Assembly (NCBI GenBank): GCA_021325135.1
Contig: JAJPHT010000006.1
Coordinates: 18,481 to 82,480 of the forward strand
Direction: 5' to 3'
Source: Pseudomonadota bacterium
Lineage (GTDB): Archaea > Thermoplasmatota > SW-10-69-26 > JACQPN01 > JAJPHT01
Length of the DNA stretch: 64,000 nt
In this document: positions 9,144-17,842 of the stretch, piece by piece
Layout of the letters: the number at the start of each line of letters is the position of its first letter
Numbering within the stretch: position 1 is the stretch's first letter
The notes under the pieces: generated by a model
Database searches by the model: none
Seen by the model: only the letters and a program-made list of their open reading frames with translations
Told to the model about the DNA's origin: nothing
Translations under genes and position numbers: made by a program

Positions 9144-10145
9144 GTGGCCCTTCCCGACAGCGGCAGCGTCGAGGACTACACCGAGGCCGAGATGGCCGAG
9201 CTGGTGAAGCTCAACGAGACGGACAAGTCGAAGCTCACCAAGAACCAGAAGGCCGCCATCGCCCGCTACAACTTCAAGAAGGGCAAGGGCGAGCCCATCC
9301 CGTTCAAGGGCAGCGGCGTCGCGGCCGCGCCCGCCCCCGCCGGTGCGGCCGCACCTGCGGCCGCCGCCGGCATGGACGACATCATCAAGTCGCTCCCCCC
9401 GGAGATCCAGGCCCTCGCCGCGCGCGACCCGGCCTCGCTCTCCAAGGATGAGAAGATCGCGCTGGCCAAGGCCAAGAGCCAGGCCGTCCGCGCGCAGGCC
9501 GCCGCGGGCAAGCCCGCCGAGCCCGAGAAGCCCAAGGGACCCACCCCCGAGGAATTGGCCGCGCAGAAGGCGCTCACCTTCGCCTGGGCCAAGGAGCTTG
9601 ACGGCAAGTTCGGCAAGACCGAGCCGAAAGGCGAGGGGCCGACGAGCCGCAGCTCGTTGGGCCCAGCCATCGACGCGTGGGGCATGCAGACGCAGATCCC
9701 CTACGCGACGGTGAAGCCCGAGCGCATCCTGGACGTCGTGCGCTACCTCCAGATGGAGATGGGCTTCGACCAGCTTCGCGACCTCGCGGGCACGGACTAC
9801 CCGCCCACGCACCTCGAAGTGGTCTACAACCTGACCTCCCACGAGGGGCACCGCCACATCGCGCTCAAGGCCAAGGTCCCCCGCCAGCCCGCGGAGGGCA
9901 TGGACCTGCCCGCGCTGCCCAGCGTCTCGTCGGTGTTCAAGGGCGCCGACTGGCTGGAGCGCGAGGTGTACGACCTCCTGGGCATCCGCTTCCTGGGCCA
10001 CCCGTACATGGTGCGCCTGATGCTGCCCGAGGGCTGGGTCGGCCACCCCCTGCGCAAGGACTACGACCTCAAGACCGAGCAGTTCGTGGGCCTCGACGAG
10101 AAGGGCAACGACATCGTGAGCTTCAGGAGTGAGGACGGATGGTAA
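9144..10145 (+). CDS. nuoC: Complex I-like subunit C with long N-terminal extension
   Basis: ADWLEREVYDLLGIRFLGHP...GHPLRKDY; position between nuoB and nuoD. Confidence 0.93.
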   Translation: MALPDSGSVEDYTEAEMAELVKLNETDKSKLTKNQKAAIARYNFKKGKGEPIPFKGSGVAAAPAPAGAAAPAAAAGMDDIIKSLPPEIQALAARDPASLSKDEKIALAKAKSQAVRAQAAAGKPAEPEKPKGPTPEELAAQKALTFAWAKELDGKFGKTEPKGEGPTSRSSLGPAIDAWGMQTQIPYATVKPERILDVVRYLQMEMGFDQLRDLAGTDYPPTHLEVVYNLTSHEGHRHIALKAKVPRQPAEGMDLPALPSVSSVFKGADWLEREVYDLLGIRFLGHPYMVRLMLPEGWVGHPLRKDYDLKTEQFVGLDEKGNDIVSFRSEDGW

Positions 10146-11317
10146 CGCCAGTCCCCCCCGTGCGCGCGCCGCACACGCCCACCCACGGGGCCCACGGCCA
10201 GCGCCTCGTCATGATCAACATCGGCCCCCAGCACCCGGCCACCCACGGCGTGCTGCGCCTGAAGGTCATGCTCGAAGGCGAGATCATCCGCGACGTGGAG
10301 CCCGTGCTGGGCTACCTCCACCGCGGCGTCGAGAAGCTCTTCGAGGACGGCAGCTACCTCCAGGCCATCCCCATGACGGACCGCCTGGACTACCTGGCGG
10401 CCATGCACAACAACTACGCGCTCTGCCACAGCGTCGAGACGCTCATGGGCGTCAGCGCGCAGATCCCCGAGCGCGCGCAGTACATCCGCGCCCTCACCAC
10501 CGAGGTCCAGCGCATCGCGTCGCACCTGCTCTGGCTGGGCGCCTTCGCCCTGGACATGGGCGCCATGACGGTCTTCTGGTGGGCCGTGCGCGACCGCGAG
10601 GGCGCCATCGCGCTCCTGGAGCGCCTCTCGGGCGCCCGCCTCACGTACAACTGGTTCCGCATCGGCGGCGTTAAGAACGACCTGCCCCCCGGCTGGCTCG
10701 AGGAGTGCAGCCGCTACATCCGCTACATGCGGACGCGCCTCCAGGAGTTCGACAACCTCCTCCTGGACAACGACATCGTCAAGCTCCGCACCGTGGGCGT
10801 CGGCCCCCTCACCAAGGAGATGGCGAAGAACTACGGGTGCAGCGGCCCCATGGCGCGCGGCAGCGGCCTCGACTGGGACCTGCGCCGCGACGAGCCGTTC
10901 AACCCCGTCTACCAGAAGATCAAGTGGAACGTCATCACGCGCAAGGAGGGCGACGCCTACGCGCGCTTCATGTGCCGCTTCGGCGAGATGACGGAATCGC
11001 TGAACATGCTGGAGCAGATGATCGCCCAGATCCCCTCGGAGGGCGACTACATCAGCCCGGAGATCGGCGAGGGCCCGCGCCAGCACCGCGTCAAGCCCCC
11101 CGCGGGCGAGGTGTACGCGGCCGTCGAGGGCGCGCGCGGCGAGTACGGCTGCTACATCGTGAGCGACGGCACCAACCGCCCCTACCGCTTCAAGTGGCGG
11201 GCGCCCACGCTGCACAACCTCATGCCGCTGAACGAGATGGTGCGCGGCCAGAAGATCCCCGACCTCATCGTGGGCCTGGGGAGCATCGACATCGTGCTGG
11301 GCGACATGGACCGGTGA
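10139..11317 (+). CDS. nuoD: Complex I-like subunit D
   Basis: NIGPQHPATHGVLRL, GYLHRGVEK, C-terminal GSIDIVLGDMDR; no Ni-binding CxxC. Confidence 0.97.
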   Translation: MVTPVPPVRAPHTPTHGAHGQRLVMINIGPQHPATHGVLRLKVMLEGEIIRDVEPVLGYLHRGVEKLFEDGSYLQAIPMTDRLDYLAAMHNNYALCHSVETLMGVSAQIPERAQYIRALTTEVQRIASHLLWLGAFALDMGAMTVFWWAVRDREGAIALLERLSGARLTYNWFRIGGVKNDLPPGWLEECSRYIRYMRTRLQEFDNLLLDNDIVKLRTVGVGPLTKEMAKNYGCSGPMARGSGLDWDLRRDEPFNPVYQKIKWNVITRKEGDAYARFMCRFGEMTESLNMLEQMIAQIPSEGDYISPEIGEGPRQHRVKPPAGEVYAAVEGARGEYGCYIVSDGTNRPYRFKWRAPTLHNLMPLNEMVRGQKIPDLIVGLGSIDIVLGDMDR

Positions 11318-11323
11318 GACGCC

Positions 11324-12382
11324 ATGGCTTTCCTCCTTCCCGACGCCATCACCAACCTCCTGGAGCCCTACACGGGCCACGTCGCGGCGCGGCTCATCGC
11401 GTGGTTCGTCATCGCGTTCCTCCTGCTCAACTTCGTCATGGCCGTGGGCGGCCTCATGAGCTACATCATGCGGAAGTTCATGGCCCGCGTGCAGACGCGC
11501 GTCGGCCCCAACCGCGTGGGCCCCTTCGGGCTGCTCCAGTTCCTCGCCGACGGCGTGAAGATGGTCGCCAAGGAGGAGGTGCGCCCCGCGCAGGCCGACA
11601 AGTGGGCCTACCGCATCGCGCCCTACCTCGTCCTCCTCCCCATCATGATCGCGATGGCGCCCCTCCCCTTCGGCGAGGGCGTGCTCCTCAGCGACCTGCG
11701 CTTCGGCTTCCTCTTCATCATCGCCGTCTCCGCCATCTCGCCCATCGGCGAATTGGTCGCGGGCTGGGGCAGCAACAACAAGTACGCGACCTACGGCGCC
11801 GTGCGCGCGGCCTCCCTGGACGTCTCCTACGAGATCCCCATGGTGCTCGCGGCCGTGAGCGTCGTCATCCTCGCGGGCTCTCTCTCCACGCAGGACATCG
11901 TGGGCCACCAGCAGCCCCTCTGGTTCGTCTTCCTCCAGCCCGTGGGCGCGTTCATCTTCTTCGTGTGCGCGCTGGCCAAGGCCGGCGTCGTCCCCACGGA
12001 CCTCGGCGAGTCCGAGTCCGAGCTGATCGCGGGCTGGTTCACCGAGTACGGCGGCATGAAGTTCGGCATGTTCCAGCTCAACGTCTTCTTCGGCGTCGTC
12101 TTCATCGCGATGCTGGAGGTCATCCTCTTCTTCGGAGGCTGGAGCGTGCCCTTCGTCACGAGCGCCGTCGCGTTCAACATCGACTGGCTGCCCCTCCTGG
12201 GCGTCGTCGTCTTCCTCGCGAAGACCGTGATCCTCACGAGCATGGTGCTCCTGACCTGGTTCACGCTGCCCCGCCTGCGGCCCGACCAGTTCCTCACCCT
12301 GGGCTGGAAGGTCCTCTTCCCGCTGGCGCTCCTCAACCTCGTGGTCACCGCGGGCTTCGTCTACTACCTCGGAGGTGCTTGA
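11324..12382 (+). CDS. nuoH: Complex I-like subunit H
   Basis: RVGPNRVGPFGLLQFLADGVK, ESELIAGWFTEYGG, LPRLRPDQ. Confidence 0.97.
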   Translation: MAFLLPDAITNLLEPYTGHVAARLIAWFVIAFLLLNFVMAVGGLMSYIMRKFMARVQTRVGPNRVGPFGLLQFLADGVKMVAKEEVRPAQADKWAYRIAPYLVLLPIMIAMAPLPFGEGVLLSDLRFGFLFIIAVSAISPIGELVAGWGSNNKYATYGAVRAASLDVSYEIPMVLAAVSVVILAGSLSTQDIVGHQQPLWFVFLQPVGAFIFFVCALAKAGVVPTDLGESESELIAGWFTEYGGMKFGMFQLNVFFGVVFIAMLEVILFFGGWSVPFVTSAVAFNIDWLPLLGVVVFLAKTVILTSMVLLTWFTLPRLRPDQFLTLGWKVLFPLALLNLVVTAGFVYYLGGA

Positions 12383-12836
12383 TATCACCCGCATTCCGGT
12401 CGTCGGCATGGCGAAGGGATTCAAGGAGACGCTCAACGCGTTCTTCAAGAAGCCCGTGACCGTGGAGTACCCCGAGGAGTTCCGCGACGTCCCCGAGAAC
12501 TACCGCGGCCGCATCAAGGTCTACATGGACCTGTGCGTCGGCTGCACCACCTGCTCGCTGGTGTGCCCCAACGCGACCTGCCAGATGGAGGCGGTGGACT
12601 ACCACCACCCCAAGAACAAGCGCGCGATCTTCCCGCGCATCGACGTCATCAGCTGCATGTACTGCGGCCTCTGCGAGGAGGCGTGCCCCACGGACGCCAT
12701 CCGCCTGGAGAAGGAGTTCCCCGTCAGCATGTACGACCGGAGCCTCTTCGACTACGACTCGTACGAGATTTCCAAGGACCAGGGCCAGGTGGACCTGGAG
12801 CGCGCCCAGAAGGGCGGAGCGAGCAAGATCCCCTGA
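12375..12836 (+). CDS. nuoI: Complex I-like subunit I (2x[4Fe-4S])
   Basis: CVGCTTCSLVCP and CMYCGLCEEACP. Confidence 0.96.
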   Translation: MLDITRIPVVGMAKGFKETLNAFFKKPVTVEYPEEFRDVPENYRGRIKVYMDLCVGCTTCSLVCPNATCQMEAVDYHHPKNKRAIFPRIDVISCMYCGLCEEACPTDAIRLEKEFPVSMYDRSLFDYDSYEISKDQGQVDLERAQKGGASKIP

Positions 12837-13322
12837 GTGGAGACGAGACGCATGCTCATCGAGATCGCGTTCCTGGCCATCGCCGCGTGGGTCCTCCTCA
12901 GCGCCGTCATGGTCCTCGTGGCGAAGGAGCTGGTCCACGCGGCCGTCTGGCTCGCCAGCATGATGGTGGGCGTCGCGGGCGTGTTCATCACGCTGGGCGC
13001 CGAGTTCCTGGCCACCATCCAGATCCTCGTGTACGTCGGCGCCGTCATCACGCTGATCCTCTTCACCGTGATGCTCACGGTCCCCGAGGAGAAGATCGAC
13101 TTCCTCGACGAGGTCTACCTGCCCCCCGGCGTGCAGATCGAGTCCGTGCAGGAGATCCAGAAGGCGGTCCCCACCTTCGGCGGCGTCGGCCCCTACAAGG
13201 ACCTTGACACCACCAACCCGCGCCGCCCCCTGCGCAAGCCCACGACGCTCTACGGCGTGAGCCTCGCGGACAACGAGTACGGCACCGACCAGACCGACCG
13301 CAGCAAGGAGGCCAAGCCGTGA
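12837..13322 (+). CDS. nuoJ: Complex I-like subunit J, N-terminal part (J1) with soluble C-terminal extension; start may be ATG 12852
   Basis: AEFLATIQILVYVGAVITLILF. Confidence 0.9.
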   Translation: METRRMLIEIAFLAIAAWVLLSAVMVLVAKELVHAAVWLASMMVGVAGVFITLGAEFLATIQILVYVGAVITLILFTVMLTVPEEKIDFLDEVYLPPGVQIESVQEIQKAVPTFGGVGPYKDLDTTNPRRPLRKPTTLYGVSLADNEYGTDQTDRSKEAKP

Positions 13323-13636
13323 GCGACCCCGAGACGCAGGCCGCGCCGACGCCCGACGACAAGGCCGCGAGGCGCGCGAAGTCCTGGAAGGAGACGAAGA
13401 CGGACCTCAAGTGGGCCACCGCGCTCCTCTTCACCCTCATCCTCGCCATCAGCGGCTACCTGTGGTCCTTCTGGACCCCCGCGCCCGCCACCGAGGAGAA
13501 CATCAACGCCATGACCGACGGCATCTTCGACCCCAACGGGCCGCTCCTCGTGCCCTTCGAGGTGCTCAGCGTCCTCCTCCTCGCGGCGCTGGTCGCCGGC
13601 GTCGTCATCGCCATGCGCGAGATGGAGGCGGACTGA
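13319..13636 (+). CDS. nuoJ: Complex I-like subunit J, C-terminal part (J2)
   Basis: LVPFEVLSVLLLAALVAGVVIA; own AAGGAGG SD and GTGA overlap. Confidence 0.85.
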   Translation: MSDPETQAAPTPDDKAARRAKSWKETKTDLKWATALLFTLILAISGYLWSFWTPAPATEENINAMTDGIFDPNGPLLVPFEVLSVLLLAALVAGVVIAMREMEAD

Positions 13637-13951
13637 ATGGTGGACCTCACGCTCCAGACCTCGTGGTACTTCATCCTCAGCACCGCCATGTTCGGCGTCG
13701 GCCTCTACGGCGTGCTCTCCCAGAAGAGCGGCATCCGCCTGCTCATGTCCATCGAGATCATGCTCAACGCGGCGAACATCAACTTCGTCGCCTTCGGCGC
13801 CATGTACGGCCAGGCGACGGGCTTCGTCTACGCGCTGTTCGTCATCGCCATCGCCGCCGCCGAGGCCACCGTGGGGCTCGCGATCTTCGTGAACCTCTTC
13901 CGCGTGCGCCGCACCATCGATCTCGACCAGATCAAGACGCTCCAGGGGTGA
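13637..13951 (+). CDS. nuoK: Complex I-like subunit K
   Basis: LMSIEIMLNAANINFV, IAAAEATVGLAI. Confidence 0.97.
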   Translation: MVDLTLQTSWYFILSTAMFGVGLYGVLSQKSGIRLLMSIEIMLNAANINFVAFGAMYGQATGFVYALFVIAIAAAEATVGLAIFVNLFRVRRTIDLDQIKTLQG

Positions 13952-13956
13952 CGTGA

Positions 13957-16284
13957 TTGGCCTTCCTCGACTACGCGTGGCTCATCCCCGCCCTTCCCGC
14001 CCTCGCCGCGGTCATCGTCGCCCTCTTCGGCCTCCGCATGCCCTCCTCCATGGAGAAGGGCGGCTGGGTCGCCGTCATCCTCGTCGCGCTCGCGGGCGCC
14101 ATCTCGCTGGGCGTCTTCTACGAGGGCCTCAAGGTCAACCCCGTCGGCTGGGACGCGCCCTACCTCAAGCAGTTCGAGTGGATGAAGGTCGGAAGCTATC
14201 ACGTCGACATGGGCCTCTACGTCGACCCGCTCACCATCTTCATGCTCTTCACGGTGGGCATCCTCGTGACGCTCATCGCGCTCTACTCGACGGGCTACAT
14301 GCACGACGAGGGCACGGGCCGCCGCCGCTACTTCGCGGAGCTGACGCTCTTCATCACCGGCATGCTCGGCCTCGTGGTGTCGAGCAACTACCTCATGCTC
14401 TTCGTCTTCTGGGAGATCATGGGCCTCTGCTCGTACCTGCTCATCGGGTACTGGTACCACAAACCCAGCGCGGCGAGCGCCGCCAAGAAGGCGTTCCTCA
14501 CGACGCGCGTCGGCGACGCGTTCTTCCTCGTGGGCCTGGGCATCCTGTTCGCCTCGTTCCACACGCTCAACTTCAACGAGCTCTTCGCGGCGGCCGCCCG
14601 CGGCGCGCCCGGCGTCGACCGCAACGTGCTGCTCCTCGCGAACTCCTGCGTCTTCGTGGGCGCGGTGGGCAAGTCGGCCCAGTTCCCCCTGCACACGTGG
14701 CTTCCCGACGCCATGGAGGGCCCCACCACCGTCTCCGCGCTCATCCACGCGGCCACCATGGTCAAGGCCGGCGTCTACCTCGTCGCGCGCAGCTACCCCC
14801 TCTTCGTCCTCACGCCGCAGCTCCTCATCGCGGTGGCGATCGTGGGCGGCTTCACGGCGCTCTTCGCCGCGAGCCTCGCCATGACCAACTGGGACCTCAA
14901 GCGCGTGCTGGCGTACTCCACGCTCTCGCAGCTTGGCTACATGTTCCTGGGCCTGGGCGTCGCGGGCGCCCTCTTCTGGGCCAAGGGGAACGAGGCGGGC
15001 GCCATCGCGGCGGTGGCCCTCACCGGCCTCACGGTCGCGATCTTCCACCTCTTCAGCCACGCGTTCTTCAAGGCCGGCCTCTTCCTCAGCGCCGGCGCCG
15101 TGGGCCACGGGTTCCACGGGACGGAGAACCACTACGACATGCGCCAGATGGGCGGCCTTCGCAAGATGATGCCCATCACGTGGTTCGCCATGCTCATGGG
15201 CTGCATCAGCATCGCGGGCATCCCGCCCTTCTCGGGCTTCTACTCCAAGGATGCGCTCCTGGCCGCGGTCTACGAGGCGTGGAAGGCCTCGGGCGCGTGG
15301 ATCTACCTCGTCCTCTTCGCCGCGGGCGTGCTCACGGCGATCATGACGGCCTACTACATGTTCCGCCTCTACTTCCTCACCTTCGAGGGCGAGCACCGCG
15401 GCCCCCAGTGGTGGGCCGACTTCAAGCGCAGCCGCGGCGAGACGTGGAGCGTCCCGCCCGACTACGTGCCCCCCATCCCGGCGGGCTCCGCGCACGCCCA
15501 CGCGCACGTGGAGCACGTCCACGAGGCGCCCCACGCTCACGGGCCCCACAGCGGCCCCGCGGGCCCCGCCTCCATGGCGCACGCGCACGACACCCACGAG
15601 GAGCACGGCGAGGACCACGGCCACCACGCCGGCCCCCACGACGGGAACTGGACCATGAGCCTGCCCCTGATCATTCTGGGCGCCTTCGCCATCCTGGGCG
15701 GCTTCATCGCCGTCGCCTTCGCGGGCGGCGCGTTCGGCCACCTCATCCACGCCAGCGACGCCACCGTGCAGGCCTCCGGCGTCAACGCCGAGGTCGAGCA
15801 GGGCCCCGCGGGCTTCGCGTCGGCCCTCGTCGCGCCCTTCGGCGAGTGGACGACCTACCTCTCCATCGCGGCGGCGGTCGCCGGCATCGGCATCGCGTGG
15901 GCCCTCTGGGGCCCGGGCCGCGCCGTGGCGAACATCAAGACCGACAGCGAGGCGCAGGGCATCGAGCGCGTCTGGCAGAAGCGCTACTACATCGACCAGC
16001 TCTACGACACCGTCTTCGGCAAGTGGGTCCTCCGCCAGGCGGAGTCGGAGAACGACTTCGACCAGGAGGTCATCGACGGCGCGGTCAACGGCATCGCGAC
16101 CGTGAACGACCGCGCCTCGGGCCGCATCCGGCGCTGGAACACCGGCAACGTGCAGGACTACGCCCTCACGATGCTCTTCGGCTTCATCCTCATCGTCCTC
16201 GTCGTGATCTACGTGCCGCAGCTTCCCGACCTCTGGGCCCGCATCCGCAGCCTCTTCGGCGTCATCTTCCCCGGAGGGATCTGA
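13957..16284 (+). CDS. nuoL: Complex I-like subunit L with His-rich insertion
   Basis: GKSAQFPLHTWLPDAMEGPTTVSALIHAATMV; HAFFKA. Confidence 0.97.
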   Translation: MAFLDYAWLIPALPALAAVIVALFGLRMPSSMEKGGWVAVILVALAGAISLGVFYEGLKVNPVGWDAPYLKQFEWMKVGSYHVDMGLYVDPLTIFMLFTVGILVTLIALYSTGYMHDEGTGRRRYFAELTLFITGMLGLVVSSNYLMLFVFWEIMGLCSYLLIGYWYHKPSAASAAKKAFLTTRVGDAFFLVGLGILFASFHTLNFNELFAAAARGAPGVDRNVLLLANSCVFVGAVGKSAQFPLHTWLPDAMEGPTTVSALIHAATMVKAGVYLVARSYPLFVLTPQLLIAVAIVGGFTALFAASLAMTNWDLKRVLAYSTLSQLGYMFLGLGVAGALFWAKGNEAGAIAAVALTGLTVAIFHLFSHAFFKAGLFLSAGAVGHGFHGTENHYDMRQMGGLRKMMPITWFAMLMGCISIAGIPPFSGFYSKDALLAAVYEAWKASGAWIYLVLFAAGVLTAIMTAYYMFRLYFLTFEGEHRGPQWWADFKRSRGETWSVPPDYVPPIPAGSAHAHAHVEHVHEAPHAHGPHSGPAGPASMAHAHDTHEEHGEDHGHHAGPHDGNWTMSLPLIILGAFAILGGFIAVAFAGGAFGHLIHASDATVQASGVNAEVEQGPAGFASALVAPFGEWTTYLSIAAAVAGIGIAWALWGPGRAVANIKTDSEAQGIERVWQKRYYIDQLYDTVFGKWVLRQAESENDFDQEVIDGAVNGIATVNDRASGRIRRWNTGNVQDYALTMLFGFILIVLVVIYVPQLPDLWARIRSLFGVIFPGGI

Positions 16285-17841
16285 GTGGCCTTCCCGCTCA
16301 TCTCCGCGACGCTGGTCCTCAGCGCCCTGGGCGCGGGCCTCGTCGTCTTCGCCGGCCGCACGCAGAAGATCGCCAAGTGGATGGCGCTCGTCGCGAGCCT
16401 CGTCCCCCTCGTCCTCTCCGCCTACGCGCTCGCCGCCATCATGGGCGTCGGCGGCCTCACCGCGCCTGCGGGCACCGCCTGCGCGGACGGCTCGGCCAGC
16501 GGCGCCGGCTACTCGTTCCACGAGTGCCACGACTGGATCCCCAGCCTGGGCATCCACGTCATCCTGGGCCTCGACGGCATCAGCGCGCCCATGTTCTTCC
16601 TCACGGCGCTCCTCGTCACGCTGGGCATCGTCTTCGCGTGGGACGAGAGCAAGGCGCCCAACCGCTTCTACGGCATGCTGCTGCTCATCAACGTCGCCGT
16701 GATGGGCGTCTTCGCCGCGCTGGACCTGTTCCTATTCTACGTCTTCTGGGAGCTGACGCTCATCCCGATGGCGTTCCTCATCGGCATCTGGGGCGGCCCC
16801 CGCCGGCGCTACGCCGCGATCAAGTTCTTCGCCTACACGTTCGTCGCCTCGCTGATCATGCTGCTGGGCTTCGCGGCGCTCTACTTCCAGACGCCGCTGG
16901 TCAACGGCCACCACAGCTTCGGCTTCGAGGCCATCCAGGCCGCGGGCGCCGGCATGGGGCTCGCGCTCCAGCGCGTCGTCTTCCTGGCGCTCTTCATCGG
17001 CTTCGCGACGAAGTTCCCCGTGGTGCCCCTGCACACGTGGCTCCCCGACGCGCACGTCGAGGCGCCCACCTCCGGCTCGGTCATCCTGGCCGGCGTGCTC
17101 CTGAAGCTGGGCGCCTATGGCCTCATCCGCATCGCGCTCCCCTTCACGCCCCTGGGCGCCAAGTGGGCCGTGCCGCTGATGTTCGTCATCGCGGTGCTCA
17201 GCATGGTCTACGCGGCCATCATCTGCCTCGCGCAGCGCGACTACAAGCGCCTCGTGGCGTACTCCTCCATCGGCACCATGGGCCTCGTGCTCCTGGGCAT
17301 CGCGGCGTCGGTCTACACGGGCAACCCCCTGGGCCTCGTCGGAGCCAACTTCATGATGCTCGCGCACGGCTTCATCAGCCCCGCGCTCTTCATGCTCTGC
17401 GGCATCCTCGCCCACAACCTGGGCACGCGCGACATCCCGCTCATGGGCGGCCTCGCGGACAAGCTGCCGCGCACCTCCTTCTGGATCGTCGTCTTCAGCA
17501 TGGCGGGCCTGGGCCTCCCGGGCCTCGCGGCCTTCGTCGCGGAGTTCCTCGTCTACAGCGGCACGTGGGACGCCTTCGGCTGGCTCGTCTTCATCCCGCT
17601 GCTCTACCTCATCGTGAGCGCCGCGTACTACCTCTGGGCCGCGCAGCGCGCGCTCTTCGGGCCCTTCGTCGAGCGCCCCGAGGTGGACTACCACCACGCC
17701 TACGACACGCACTGGTTCGAGCTGACCTCGCTGGTCGTGCTCTTCCTCTTCACGCTGGCCTACGGCGTGTGGCCCAAGTTCCTCACCGAGATCCTGGACG
17801 CGCCCGTGCGCTCCATCCTCGCCGCCGTGGGGGGTGCGTAA
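16285..17841 (+). CDS. nuoM: Complex I-like subunit M
   Basis: PLHTWLPDAHVEAPT, LLKLGAYG. Confidence 0.97.
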   Translation: MAFPLISATLVLSALGAGLVVFAGRTQKIAKWMALVASLVPLVLSAYALAAIMGVGGLTAPAGTACADGSASGAGYSFHECHDWIPSLGIHVILGLDGISAPMFFLTALLVTLGIVFAWDESKAPNRFYGMLLLINVAVMGVFAALDLFLFYVFWELTLIPMAFLIGIWGGPRRRYAAIKFFAYTFVASLIMLLGFAALYFQTPLVNGHHSFGFEAIQAAGAGMGLALQRVVFLALFIGFATKFPVVPLHTWLPDAHVEAPTSGSVILAGVLLKLGAYGLIRIALPFTPLGAKWAVPLMFVIAVLSMVYAAIICLAQRDYKRLVAYSSIGTMGLVLLGIAASVYTGNPLGLVGANFMMLAHGFISPALFMLCGILAHNLGTRDIPLMGGLADKLPRTSFWIVVFSMAGLGLPGLAAFVAEFLVYSGTWDAFGWLVFIPLLYLIVSAAYYLWAAQRALFGPFVERPEVDYHHAYDTHWFELTSLVVLFLFTLAYGVWPKFLTEILDAPVRSILAAVGGA

Positions 17842-17842
17842 G

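Noticed and set aside
8601-11317. Possible group 4 [NiFe]-hydrogenase
   Set aside because: The large subunit lacks both Ni-binding CxxC motifs and has NuoD signatures.
12837-13636. nuoJ as a frameshifted pseudogene
   Set aside because: The second part has its own SD and coupled start, and split J is known in archaea.
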